From contig BOKM01000001.1 in the NCBI GenBank assembly GCA_016860985.1, forward strand, positions 655,462-719,461: a stretch of 64,000 nt of DNA, written 5' to 3'. A program made the translations under genes and the position numbers. Below are positions 9,001 to 16,332 of this stretch, in pieces; the stretch's first letter is position 1; every line of letters begins with the position of its first letter. The stretch is from Patescibacteria group bacterium (lineage in GTDB: Bacteria > Patescibacteriota > Dojkabacteria > GCA-002793355). The notes under the pieces are model-generated. The model saw only the letters and a program-made list of their open reading frames with translations. It ran no database searches and was not told the DNA's origin.

Positions 9001-11482
9001 GTCAGTCCTTTATAATGTCGGTCCATGTGAAGTAGAAGGTACGGTTAATATTTCAGAAGGAACTCCATCTGATCCATTAAACTACTCTGCACAAATTGGT
9101 CAGGTCGGAACATTCCCACCAGAACCAAACTCTGTCCCATGGCCGTCACAGTACCAAGAGCAGTTCGAAGTCAAAGAAGAAGTGAGTTACTTTGAGAATG
9201 GAAAACCATTGGTACTCGCAGCCAATAATACCGTTCAAGATGTACTTAATGTTATTGAAAATGCAATCCCAGTAGGCGGAGTGATTAACGGTACAACGGT
9301 TACCTTAAAAGCAGATGCGTTTGATTCTGGGGCTCGATCAATTTCACCAAAAAACTTAAAGATTCAAGTAGAGCTTAAGAAAGTTGGACAGGCCTACGAT
9401 GGTGTATCTGGCCTGCATGATTCTAATACCGTTGTTTTCAGTGGTGGCTCGCCAGTAATTCTGTCAGTTACGGTTCAAAACTTGGAAATGGGGGCATCAT
9501 ATAAATGGCGTGCACGAACTGTAAATATCGATACAGGTCTCGCAAGCGATTGGCAGGAATATGGCGGAAACCCAAGTAATTCAGCTGATTTCACTATTAC
9601 AACTGTTGCGTCACTCGAGTTAACGCTTTCACCTTCAAGTATGGAGCTCACAGATAGTTCAACGCTTACTGTTGTAGCCAAAAACAGTCTTGGAGAAGTT
9701 GACTCATCATATCGAGGTACAGTGTCGTTTACTTCAACCAGTGGCACAGCTCAATTACCAACTTCTTATACTTTTACTAGTGGCGATGCGGGTACACACG
9801 TTTTTAATGACGCATTAAAATTATTTGAGGCAGGAACTTTTGCAGTAACGGTAGAAGACATAGTTAACCCTGTACTTATCGATACAAAAAACATTACGGT
9901 AAGCCTACCACCAGTTCCTTTTATTAGTTTAAGTGCTACTGATGATTCTTTGTTGCTTGGCGAATCCACTACGTTGTTATGGCAGAGCAATTATCTTTCA
10001 AATCTCATCATCGATAATGGGATAGGAGCAGTAGATACATTTGGAAACATTGTCGTTACACCTCCTTTGGGGCAGACAACCTATACAATTCAAGGTGATA
10101 GACAGAGTGGTGGAGTGCTTACTGCTTCCGTAACGATAACAGTGAGTGAGCAAACTGGCGAGGTGACTCCTCCCGTTACAACGGTTATCGTTACAACAAC
10201 ACCTCCAAACACCGATACACCAACACCTACAGTTACGCCGAGTGGTTCCGTAACTCCAACAATTACTCGCAGGCCAAGGCCTCAAACACAGCAAGTTTCT
10301 TGCCCCATTATTGAGGTTTTTACTGTGGACAATCGAATTATTAAAAAAGGGAACCCTATTACAATTACATGGAGAGTCTCTAATGCTGATAAAGTTGTTA
10401 TCGACTCATTTAGTGCCTCTACGTCATTATCGGGTACTTCATCTGTTGTTTTAGAGAAGTCGCAAACTGTTACATTATTTGCAACAAAAGGTTCATGTGA
10501 GCGAACAGCTACAAAAGAGGTTGAGGTTGTTTCAACTTATCCATGGGAAGGTGCAGGTGGCATGTTAATCGGGCTTCTTGCACTCGAGACAATTGGAATG
10601 CAAATTGGTGCTGCACAAGGAAACTTATGGTTTGCATTGCTTGGTTTTATCGACAGAAGTAAAAAACGAAAGCCTTGGGGAGTTGTATATGATTCGGTCA
10701 AGAAATCGTTACTTCCAAGGGTAGTTGTCCGATTGTGGAATGCCGAGACTGGAAAACTTGTTGATACAGTGGTTACAGATGCAAACGGAATCTTTAAGCT
10801 GACACCAAAAATTGGAAAATACGTAATCAAAGTCTCACTTTCGAACTACACTTTCCCTTCGAAATTAATTACCTCAGGCACTGATACTGGATTTACCAAT
10901 ATATATTTCGGTGAAGTAATTGAGGTAAAAGAAGAGACTCAGGCCTTGATGTTATCTATTCCTATGGATCCTGAAAAAGGAAAAGTGAAGAAGCAGATTG
11001 GCAAGCAAATTCTTTCTTTCCTTGAAGATGTTGTTGCACTAATTAGCCCAATCATCTTAATTGCGGGGTTCGTTTACAGTGTTATTGTGACGGTTATGTT
11101 CCCCATCACAGTTAACTATATTATTCTTGCACTTTATGCACTAACCTTCTTGATAAAAATTTATGTGTATATTACGAGACCTCGCCTTTTCGGTATCGTA
11201 ACAGGTGTTGAGGGTCGGGTAATGAGCGGGTTAGAAATTGGGTTATTTGATGCAGAGTTTAAGAATTTGGTGGCAAGAACGTTTACAAACAAACAAGGCG
11301 CATACAACTTTGTAGTAAAAAATGAAAACTATTTTGTTCAATTACTCGATAACAATTACAAAATTCTTAGCCGTGGAGTAGGCAAAGATGGGCTTATTAT
11401 TAAAAAGACTCCAGGTAACTCTGGGGTTAAACTTGTCGCAGAAGATATCATCGTTTACCCAGTGCAGAAACTCGTAAAGTAA
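2..11482 (+). CDS. Giant cell-surface protein, 5' partial (at least 3,827 aa in window). Contains glycine-rich beta-helix-like tandem repeats, three LamG/ConA-like jelly-roll modules, Ig-like domains, a Pro/Thr linker, and C-terminal TM helices with CarboxypepD_reg-like segments.
   Basis: Frame is open from nt 2 with no stop, so the track start at 377 is an internal TTG. The module GYPDDVGVGSGVHGGYQRN..GHGGGAIKLVV..SYGGGSGGRIAVYY recurs every ~1,023 nt (GHGGG at 1952, 2981, 4004, 5027, 6050). The LamG-type motif DWSIDMWVKFPLP..GWRTL..GWHH.AAV..YIDG..DEIRI occurs three times (~6770-8400). A PT-rich linker sits at ~10150-10300, followed by hydrophobic helices. TAA stop at 11480-11482. Confidence 0.8.
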   Translation, partial: GAGNTAGGAGNVVGATGNTIGNKDYPLTLGGAGGAAGGGGVGGNGGGAIKIESTGTVTINGLITANGLSGQKSADNQTSGGGGAGGSIWVEAQILAGTGQVKAEGGSTDTSASYYGGGGGGGRIALICTASTTFPSQNVSVAFGIGSQNGQVGTLVGPGCKPSNPQVLKFYEKNATAGRVDREILVGELTTKTALTFASDLAGSNLKLEVEIREKAQSFTNTPTNAQVTALSNKTCTGIPATNNVTISTYCGYVEVTTGLSTSKEYKWQARVVSTSGIPSAWVQFGENSTSDYDFVISGAASSIIILDGNSQSAVVGQLVATKPKAKVVDAAGYGVPFYALTSWSVLTGGGTLSNSVITTDKWGEVTTDWALGPTAGVANNSIKISKTTPALSATFTASALPGAVASYTVDAASNTSLINTPFTYTVTAKDGYGNIVPFVGALSVVPVSSQDINSPGLGSLLPSSIVFDQQQESLPNALYKDGATGSISITTATYSYAESIKLKVFDSLGNQGFSSSIFFVESVGTCPSVVIDRNQTWNAIDAPGGIFDCRGFGQFTVRAGYTLTLQGYNNGDTNYTNDYGVTILMDSLKVENTGVMSANGTGYPSRSGVGSGVHGGYQRTLATLPYGNVYEPVSFGSGTMRSYAGRTSTGHGGGAIKLVVDGNSLIDGVISANGTNATNGESSDGAAGGSVWIDTQGLSGAGSIQTNGGNGKSGSFSGSYGGGSGGRIAVYYDSNSGFSLDASHLQSYAGTAGGGYSGAGTVYVENTQTDTSHAGKLIIDNNSHNGLTAGMPEATYSFSKISATRYGHVEFIGQNSILNLSSGSELEGDNTKPLIKVSGTLNYTGNSLLTIDGVDLGINGKVLGVQDISIGGTNAAGVTLYANTWFYNKTTTHSFNDVTVNGNGILSLVSYQNGTTSITDDYGVTLSLNSLTVASGGFVTADGLGYPDDVGVGSGVHGGYQRNLATLPYGDIYEPVTLGSGTIRNYAGWTSTGHGGGAMKLIVAGSMTVNGTVTSSGKNVTDGHTADGPAGGSVWISAQTLTGSGTIKANGGNGLLNSFGESYGGGSGGRVAVYYGTSSFPEANIQAYAGGNGGTNYSGAGTVYIEQLGVDTPKGGTLIVDNNNHNGQFSGVIEGTYQLKKIQATRYGHVEFIGQNSVLNLVSGQGMVGDNTKPQIKISGTLQYSGSGVLTIDGVDLGVNGKTVGIQDITIGGSNPAGLTLYAKTWFHSNINPYSFGDLTVMSNGTVSMVGYQNGAATYTDDYGVTLLATGINIANGGSITADGLGYPDDVGVGSGVHGGYQRNDGTLPYGNIYQPITLGSGTLRNYAGWTSTGHGGGAIKLVVTGDTVVNGTLTASGKNVTDGHTADGPAGGSIWLDTQTLSGSGTIKANGGNGLLNSFGESYGGGSGGRIAVYYNTNSFPVASIQAYAGGNGGTNYSGAGTIYIEDKSVDVSGKGKLIVDNNMHNGMLSGVPEGSYSFKELQATRYGHVEFIGQNSVLNLVSGAGMMGDTTQSQVKISGTLEYSGVGTLTVDGVDLGINGKTLGIEDIAIGGLNPAGVTLYAKTWYHSNLVPYSFGDVTVESNGTLSLQSFQNGAASYSDDFGVNLGMTSLNVKSGGVVTAEGKGYPDDIGVGSGVHGGYQRNDGTLPYGDVFEPVTLGSGTLRNYAGWTSTGHGGGAIKLVVSGDTIVDGIITANGTNVTNGHTADGPAGGSIWLDTQSLTGTGTISANGGNGLLNSFGESYGGGSGGRIAVYYQSSNFPEANIQAYAGGNGGTYYSGAGTIYLEHKGTDTNKGGKLIVDNNGHNGGFSGVKEGVYNFKEIQATRYGHVDFIGQESRVTLAAGDSIVGDSTKPQVKMSGTLVYTGSETFAVSGYNLGINGKVEGIQNITIGGQNVGEMTLYARTWFHNQTVPFTFGDLLVKSNGLLSLVSYQNGVGQTSDDYGVSLNLSNLEVEVDGKITADGLGYPVNVGAGSGVHAGYQHNLSTVPYGDMYEPTTLGSGIMRSYAGWSNLGAGGGAIKIFVNGTTLLNGSLSANGIDGNGEATDGGAGGSIWLDTGLLQGTGTIKANGGAGKNGYGGGGYGGGTGGRIAVYYENNDGFDLTKTSTQAFGGLGGGGYSGPGTVYLENVTTDAPKQGSLRIDNNGHTGRAQNFAAGTHTFEDVEIGQNVTVWVSSDLDAVLDPLSVAVKHESLTESATVVSYGMNDDLVSAYLDSSGNKKHATGSEYIQSVDGKFGNAQRFLAGDIGMSFESISLPGDWSIDMWVKFPLPATPEGWRTLVHNNGYSNHNIIISSDGQLGAYNSGWYDSSYNVNSLSGWHHLAAVASGSSTKYYIDGTLVGSVPIVMHNSINVIGNGGVNQPAGTLDEIRIQDKAMSSAEILAAATATEPYVADAYTLALWHMDEEVTPVQDASVNGYAVFGIGAPLQSVGRFNYGKTIGQGQLMKTDAVTLGENWTIDMWVKFPLPSTGDGWRTLIANAGGTYHPIIVSSDGTIGTYNNGWASSGYNISALTGWHHVAAVGENTSTKMYIDGLLVGTSASKVTQAISALGNIEVNGARQQAGEIDEVRIRNRAVGPDELLANAQAESLPAVDNSTQLLVHFDNATAKYLADGSGEDLDARSVGTASVIGKYGKGLQFTGLRDYAVVPQFEADFSQGITVSLWANPTSIGNYARFMDFNVAGCPNDNILLSRSGTSNDLLFQTFQGTGGAATLVASGAILNNEWHHYTATIDGTGTGRLYRDGELLVSGPMTLPRNVARTTNYIGKSCSGSDALYTGLMDDFSMLNRALSNEEVRAAYNGYTLAEYQASQEQLVGEGVRLIVKGDFTLASGASIVGDGVGFPSDRGIGRGNAGVGYSGGGGGANGGNGGNGQSDGSNQPAQGGSKFGDQLLPVTLGAGGGASGVGAKGGTGGGSFTVIAKGKLSPEGQYQDGNIVVNGTISMNGTAGLTGSPGGGGGAGGSILLHGNTCVIDGTLSATGGEGGNSDIDGGSGGGGRVSVLYNVGPCEVEGTVNISEGTPSDPLNYSAQIGQVGTFPPEPNSVPWPSQYQEQFEVKEEVSYFENGKPLVLAANNTVQDVLNVIENAIPVGGVINGTTVTLKADAFDSGARSISPKNLKIQVELKKVGQAYDGVSGLHDSNTVVFSGGSPVILSVTVQNLEMGASYKWRARTVNIDTGLASDWQEYGGNPSNSADFTITTVASLELTLSPSSMELTDSSTLTVVAKNSLGEVDSSYRGTVSFTSTSGTAQLPTSYTFTSGDAGTHVFNDALKLFEAGTFAVTVEDIVNPVLIDTKNITVSLPPVPFISLSATDDSLLLGESTTLLWQSNYLSNLIIDNGIGAVDTFGNIVVTPPLGQTTYTIQGDRQSGGVLTASVTITVSEQTGEVTPPVTTVIVTTTPPNTDTPTPTVTPSGSVTPTITRRPRPQTQQVSCPIIEVFTVDNRIIKKGNPITITWRVSNADKVVIDSFSASTSLSGTSSVVLEKSQTVTLFATKGSCERTATKEVEVVSTYPWEGAGGMLIGLLALETIGMQIGAAQGNLWFALLGFIDRSKKRKPWGVVYDSVKKSLLPRVVVRLWNAETGKLVDTVVTDANGIFKLTPKIGKYVIKVSLSNYTFPSKLITSGTDTGFTNIYFGEVIEVKEETQALMLSIPMDPEKGKVKKQIGKQILSFLEDVVALISPIILIAGFVYSVIVTVMFPITVNYIILALYALTFLIKIYVYITRPRLFGIVTGVEGRVMSGLEIGLFDAEFKNLVARTFTNKQGAYNFVVKNENYFVQLLDNNYKILSRGVGKDGLIIKKTPGNSGVKLVAEDIIVYPVQKLVK

Positions 11483-11583
11483 ACGGAAGACTGTTTCGCG
11501 TAGAGAGCAATAATCACTTTGCCTCGACGGTTGTAGCGTATTATTGCAAAGAGCCCTCTTTTTTGTGTATAATTCACAGTTGT

Positions 11584-11655
11584 GGATCGTTAGCTCAGTG
11601 GTAGAGCAGGCGACTCTTAATCGCTCGGTCGAGGGTTCGAATCCCCCACGGTCCA
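11584..11655 (+). tRNA. tRNA-Lys, anticodon CUU; CCA not encoded
   Basis: Cloverleaf readable by eye. Acceptor GGATCGT/ACGGTCC with one G-U pair; D arm GCTC-AGTGGTA-GAGC. Anticodon stem GGCGA/TCGCT with loop CTCTTAA (U33, CTT at 34-36, A37). T arm GAGGG-TTCGAAT-CCCCC with one A-C mismatch. Very similar to E. coli tRNA-Lys. Followed by CTTTTT rather than CCA; a CCA-adding enzyme is encoded at 29196-30725. A TATAAT lies ~14 nt upstream. Confidence 0.8.
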
Positions 11656-11776
11656 CTTTTTCAAAGTGATTCGAAACCCCGAGGAGAATGTACCAACGTA
11701 CATTCGACGAAGTGGGCGGGGCCGAGGAAGTAACCCAAAAGTACGCGTAGCGAAAGATATGATGTTACGAGGTGGC

Positions 11777-11804
11777 CGAATCCCCCACGGTCCACTTTTT
11801 CAAA
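11777..11804 (+). repeat. 28-nt exact direct repeat of the tRNA-Lys 3' end plus trailer (copy 1 at 11638-11665); att-like scar or degenerate second tRNA copy
   Basis: CGAATCCCCCACGGTCCACTTTTTCAAA occurs identically at 11638-11665 (T-loop/acceptor 3' half and trailer) and at 11777-11804. No matching 5' acceptor half precedes the second copy. Confidence 0.7.
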
Positions 11805-11868
11805 AATCAGTTCTCCTTTAAATCAATATTTCGTATGCAAGTAGAGTGTATTCTTGGTACTATACTGT

Positions 11869-12435
11869 ATGACGTGGTTACTAATTGCACTGATTGGAAT
11901 TCTCTGGCTCATAGGAGTAATGTACCTTCTTACGGTATTTTATTTTAAAATAACACAGAAGGAAGTATTTGTACCATTTGTTCCGGCAGATACAGAAGGC
12001 ATCGAAACCATGTATAGTGCAATTGGACTTAAGGGTAGCGAAAAGGTAGTTGATATTGGTTCGGGCTGGGGAACAATCCTTTTTCATCTTCATAAAAAGT
12101 TTCCGAAGCTATATTTAACTGGAATTGAGCTAAACCCGGTGCTGCATGTTATTACGTTACTGAGAAAGTTCCTTTTTCATCGAAAAGGGAATATCCGGTT
12201 GTTGCGTGGAGATGCAGCAAAAATTTCGTACAGTGACTACGATGTCATTTTTTTGTTTATGTTGTCGCCGTTTGTTAACAAAGTACTGGTTCCAAAATTT
12301 GAAAAGGAATTAAAGAAGGGTACAAAGGTTGTATCTTATGTCTTTAAAATGAAATCGAATGCGTTTAGTGAAAAAACTGTAAAGCTTCCATCTAACGGAT
12401 GGAAAAGTGCAGTATATATTTACGAAAAGCTATAG
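11869..12435 (+). CDS. Membrane-anchored class I SAM-dependent methyltransferase
   Basis: N-terminal hydrophobic helix followed by motif I VDIGSGWGT and an acidic post-I motif. ATG at 11869 sits 2 nt after a TATACT hexamer; the track's TTG at 11854 is less likely. Start uncertain. Confidence 0.55.
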   Translation: MTWLLIALIGILWLIGVMYLLTVFYFKITQKEVFVPFVPADTEGIETMYSAIGLKGSEKVVDIGSGWGTILFHLHKKFPKLYLTGIELNPVLHVITLLRKFLFHRKGNIRLLRGDAAKISYSDYDVIFLFMLSPFVNKVLVPKFEKELKKGTKVVSYVFKMKSNAFSEKTVKLPSNGWKSAVYIYEKL

Positions 12436-12482
12436 AGCTATCAGATTTGATTAATCATTTTTTGGTTGGAGGTTCAGTGTTT

Positions 12483-13568
12483 CTATACGCCAGAAAGTGG
12501 AAGGTATGGGTAACCACGTTTTAACATGAGTGCTCTTTGGTAGAAGACTGCAGCGAGGTATTGAGGTGCTTTTACTGGTAGGTCTAGCGTTGGAACATAT
12601 TCTGAAAGTACTGCTCCAAATCCTTGCTTAAATTGATCCATTGACTTCCAAGGGTGTGGTAAGCCCTTTTCAGCTACTTCTTTTGAAACTGAGCCACCCC
12701 AGAGGTCAAGAACGGTAGTTTTTCGCTTCTTTAGCTCTTCGAGTGTTTCGTGAAGGAGGAGTACATCTGCGCCAAGTTCTTTGCCTTGGTCGGTTATTGC
12801 TGACCAATAGTTCCATGCAGAGTGACCTTGAATAATAATTGCAGACGCAGCGTAAAGGGTTTCTTTATCATCTCGAAGCGAGGCAATAAGTATTTGGCCG
12901 CTTTCTGCGTAGGTCTTTAATTCCTCTTTTAGATAATCGACAGGTACATAATCAATTTGTTTTTTTGCAGCCAAGGTTCGATATATTGATACAAAGTCTT
13001 CTAAAGCAGCAACCTCTATTGAAAAGGCAGGTTCTAGGTTTCGCTTTCGGGCTCGTTCAAGCATTTTTTGATGATCTTCTCGTAAGTTTGCTTCTGCATA
13101 TTGTGCAACTGTAATGGTTCGTGTGACACATGCATCTAGTTCCTGAACTGGAGCTCGCTTAAAACCTGCGGTCATAATATCGGTAACAATCTCTTTCTTT
13201 GAAGGAATTCTTGGTGTAAATCGAACGTAAACGGCCTGTTCTTTTTGCCCAATTTCAACTGCAAAGCTTCGGAGTTCTTGCCAAAAGGTGACATCTTCTG
13301 CAGAACGGGTATCAATGAATACGGGAGAGTGCTGGAAATATACAAACGAACCGCTACGTGCAGGAATAACCTGATAAAAAGCAAGTGCAACAACGCTATC
13401 GTTTACTGAAATTTTGTATAAGCCAGTTTTTCGGTTTCGGTGTGCAATAAAGCGCATTCTTTCGGGTGAATTATAAAAGGTGGTGTAAGATGCTTTTTTA
13501 ATATGTGTGGCGTATTCTTTCTCGGATAAAGGGGCGAATGTATATTTTGGCATATTCAACTCTAACAA
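12483..13568 (-). CDS. FemAB-family aminoacyltransferase (peptidoglycan interpeptide-bridge formation), paralog 1
   Basis: Length 361 aa. FemAB-like blocks FYQVIPARSGSFVYFQHSPVF and VRFTPRI parallel the second paralog at 52816-53877. TAG stop. Confidence 0.55.
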   Translation of the reverse strand: MLELNMPKYTFAPLSEKEYATHIKKASYTTFYNSPERMRFIAHRNRKTGLYKISVNDSVVALAFYQVIPARSGSFVYFQHSPVFIDTRSAEDVTFWQELRSFAVEIGQKEQAVYVRFTPRIPSKKEIVTDIMTAGFKRAPVQELDACVTRTITVAQYAEANLREDHQKMLERARKRNLEPAFSIEVAALEDFVSIYRTLAAKKQIDYVPVDYLKEELKTYAESGQILIASLRDDKETLYAASAIIIQGHSAWNYWSAITDQGKELGADVLLLHETLEELKKRKTTVLDLWGGSVSKEVAEKGLPHPWKSMDQFKQGFGAVLSEYVPTLDLPVKAPQYLAAVFYQRALMLKRGYPYLPLSGV

Positions 13569-13620
13569 TTTATGTGCCTACAAGTATTTTACACGCTTTC
13601 TTTGTGCAATGTACAGTGTG

Positions 13621-15261
13621 CTATCGGATAACTCTAAAGTAGAGGATGTTCTTCTGGTCGGTAAACATAAGTGCGGTGTCGTTTTGTCCGAGTACAAATG
13701 TCTGAAGACCTGTCTGGAATGTGAGTACATTTTCACCTGTTGTATCTGAAACAATAAGTGTGTCAGCACTCTTGGCAGCGATATAAGAAGCAAGTGCGAG
13801 AGGTGTAATGGCCGAGAGTGAGTCTTTTGCAGAAAACAATTCTGTGCGTCCAAGTTTTGTAAGTTTATCTGCACTGCGTTTGTTATAAATAAAGAGAACT
13901 AAATGTGTGCCTTTATTCTCAGTAAACGAAAGCATATGTTTCTCGTTTATAAAAATTGGAGGGACAGTAATTTCCTCGCTCGAAATTTTTATTCTGCTGT
14001 AATCTTCTGCAAAATGCTCGATATCAATATCACCAATCTTTTCTTGTGTAAGTGTTATTGAGTAATCGCTTTCTTTTGCGTCGTATAGTTTTCCGACAAG
14101 ATATGATGCAGTTTTTGTTGTAACTAAAAATCTTGGCGTATCATCTGTGGAAAAACTCCAGATGTTCGTTGGTGGTTGCTCAAACTGTAAGGTTGGAAGT
14201 TGAGTTGTTAGAGGATTTCCATTGTATGAAACGTCGTTAATCTCGTAAGTGTTTGTTTTTGTACCGGAGAGCTTTCTAATAATTGCGATACCAGATTCGG
14301 TCATGTTCCAAATCATTTTTTCTCCGTTTGCAGTTAGTTCAGATTTTTCTGCCAAAATAACACGCGTACCAGCTTTTACGTTATACGAGATGATTTGATC
14401 TGGAGTATCGACGATAATATAGTCGCCATTCTCGCTCCATTTGAGGGTAGTTCCCTTCATTTTATTGTAACTCGTAAGTGACTTAGCATCGGTAAGGTTG
14501 GCATTTACGGAGGAGTTTCGCTTAAAAGGTACCAGTGAAATTGATTTGTTTCCTGCCTTGTCGGTGAGTGTAACAAGCAAGAGTTTTCCAGTTGGAGAAA
14601 CTGAAATTGAAGTAATTGGAGTTGCAGCCAGCGTTGTAATTGTCATTTTTTCGTCTAGCACTGGATGAGGATCATCGAATAATGGTTTTGTTACATATAT
14701 TCTCGTTAAAACATATGAGTTCGTTGGTTCCTGCTTTGCTTTTTCCTTTGTTGGTGTTGGGGTAGGTGTTGTTGCTTCTGAGGTGGTACCTTCTGTTACT
14801 AGCTCGGCGGAGGAGAGAACATAATAACCTGTGCTGTTCGAATCAAAGGTTAGTGTTTTGCTCAGGTCGATAATCTCTTTTTGTCCGTCGGTTCGAAGAA
14901 GTGGGACAATAACGGGGCTTGCAAGCCCATGCTGTACTTCCACTTTTTTTGTATAGGAATAATAGCCTTCTTTGGATAATGAAACAGTGTAGTCTCCAAT
15001 TTTAAGGTTCGGAATTGCGCGGTTACTTTTTCCGTAATATTCGCCAGATACGTTGATGTCGGCATCTGTTGGAATCGTTTCTACGTTGAGAACCCCAGTT
15101 TTTATGACAGTCCTTTTGGTGAAGTCAAGGGAATAACCGTTGATAAGCGCAATGATTATGGCTGTTGTACCAACAATAAAAAGAGTAGAAAACAAAGGAA
15201 GAAGAACTGTTATTACCTTTTTGATATAGGACCGAATTTTTGGTCTTTTGATTGTTGCCAC
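13621..15261 (-). CDS. Membrane-anchored protein with PEGA domain, Pro/Thr linker and TolB-like beta-propeller repeats
   Basis: N-terminal TM helix (VITVLLPLFSTLFIVGTTAIIIALI). PEGA-like KIGDYTVSLSKEGYYSYTKKVEV; TPTPTPTK linker; repeated WD/TolB-like strands. Divergently adjacent to mreB. Confidence 0.5.
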   Translation of the reverse strand: MATIKRPKIRSYIKKVITVLLPLFSTLFIVGTTAIIIALINGYSLDFTKRTVIKTGVLNVETIPTDADINVSGEYYGKSNRAIPNLKIGDYTVSLSKEGYYSYTKKVEVQHGLASPVIVPLLRTDGQKEIIDLSKTLTFDSNSTGYYVLSSAELVTEGTTSEATTPTPTPTKEKAKQEPTNSYVLTRIYVTKPLFDDPHPVLDEKMTITTLAATPITSISVSPTGKLLLVTLTDKAGNKSISLVPFKRNSSVNANLTDAKSLTSYNKMKGTTLKWSENGDYIIVDTPDQIISYNVKAGTRVILAEKSELTANGEKMIWNMTESGIAIIRKLSGTKTNTYEINDVSYNGNPLTTQLPTLQFEQPPTNIWSFSTDDTPRFLVTTKTASYLVGKLYDAKESDYSITLTQEKIGDIDIEHFAEDYSRIKISSEEITVPPIFINEKHMLSFTENKGTHLVLFIYNKRSADKLTKLGRTELFSAKDSLSAITPLALASYIAAKSADTLIVSDTTGENVLTFQTGLQTFVLGQNDTALMFTDQKNILYFRVIR

Positions 15262-15309
15262 AGTTAATTATTGTAGCATACTTGCAAGAGCCATAGAGTA
15301 TAATAAGGT

Positions 15310-16329
15310 ATGTCATTTTCGCTACGACCACAACGCTTAGGTATTGATCTAGGAACGGCAAACTCAGTTGTTTTTGTGCAGGGTCGTGGAGTTGTGCTCG
15401 AAGAGCCAACAGTTGTTGCAATTGATACTTCAGATTTATCAATCATTGCAATCGGGCAAGAAGCGAAAATCATGTTAGGAAAAACTCCCGAAAGTATAAT
15501 GATCAAGAGGCCTCTCCGCAATGGTGTTATTGCCAGTGCCCGTGTAACCGAAGAATTGTTGAAATATTTTATTTCACGAGCGATAGGAAGAATACGAATT
15601 TTCAGGCCAGAGGTCATGATTTCTGCACCAGTTGGTATAAGCAGTGTAGAAAAAAGAGCGGTCATCAAGGCAGCAATTCATGCAGGTGCAGGCAGGGTGT
15701 ACCTTATTCCAGAGCCACTGGCTGCTGCAATTGGGGCCAAGTTACCTATTCATTCTTCTGCCGGAAATATGGTGGTTAATATGGGTGGTGGAACAACCGA
15801 GATTGCGGTAATCTCTTTAAATGGAATCGTGGTCGCGACATCGGTTCGTGTTGCTGGCGACGAGTTTAATACCGCAATTAGTACCTATGCACGACGTGAA
15901 AGAGGGTTAATTATTGGCGAACAGATGGCAGAAAAGATAAAAATGACTATTGGGTCCGCGGTGCGTGTTGAAAAGCAGGAACAAATGGAGGTAAGTGGAA
16001 GAGATGTTGCAACAGGTCTTCCTCGTGTGGATGTTTTTACAACAAATGAAATTGCCGAGGCCTTAAAGAACCCGTTGGGAGAGATTTTGGCATCCTTAAA
16101 AAAACTATTGGAGCGTACCCCTCCAGAACTATCCGCCGATATTATTGACAGAGGGATTGTCATGAGTGGAGGAAGTTCACTCTTAAAGAACCTGGACAGA
16201 TTATTTTCAAAGGCGCTCGGCGTTCCGGCGTATTTAGCAGACGACCCAATCCATTGCGTCGCTCGTGGAACAGGAATTGCATTGGATTATCTTGATGTAC
16301 TTGAAAAGACTATTACCGCTGTTGGATAG
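15310..16329 (+). CDS. mreB: Rod shape-determining actin homolog MreB
   Basis: GIDLGTANSVVFV phosphate-1 motif; EPTVVAID; MVVNMGGGTTEIAVISL; GGSSLLKNLD. Length 339 aa. Confidence 0.9.
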   Translation: MSFSLRPQRLGIDLGTANSVVFVQGRGVVLEEPTVVAIDTSDLSIIAIGQEAKIMLGKTPESIMIKRPLRNGVIASARVTEELLKYFISRAIGRIRIFRPEVMISAPVGISSVEKRAVIKAAIHAGAGRVYLIPEPLAAAIGAKLPIHSSAGNMVVNMGGGTTEIAVISLNGIVVATSVRVAGDEFNTAISTYARRERGLIIGEQMAEKIKMTIGSAVRVEKQEQMEVSGRDVATGLPRVDVFTTNEIAEALKNPLGEILASLKKLLERTPPELSADIIDRGIVMSGGSSLLKNLDRLFSKALGVPAYLADDPIHCVARGTGIALDYLDVLEKTITAVG

Positions 16330-16332
16330 TAG

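Noticed and set aside
511-10830. Numerous 60-110-aa antisense or alternate-frame ORFs inside the giant gene (for example 511-747, 2037-2321, 3170-3499, 5402-5734, 6102-6320, 9998-10294)
   Set aside because: They lie within a strongly supported long ORF, have no conserved motifs, and arise from the biased G/N/T-rich repeat composition.
15264-15668. 134-aa minus-strand ORF overlapping the 5' half of mreB
   Set aside because: It is antisense to a highly conserved gene and has no features of its own.
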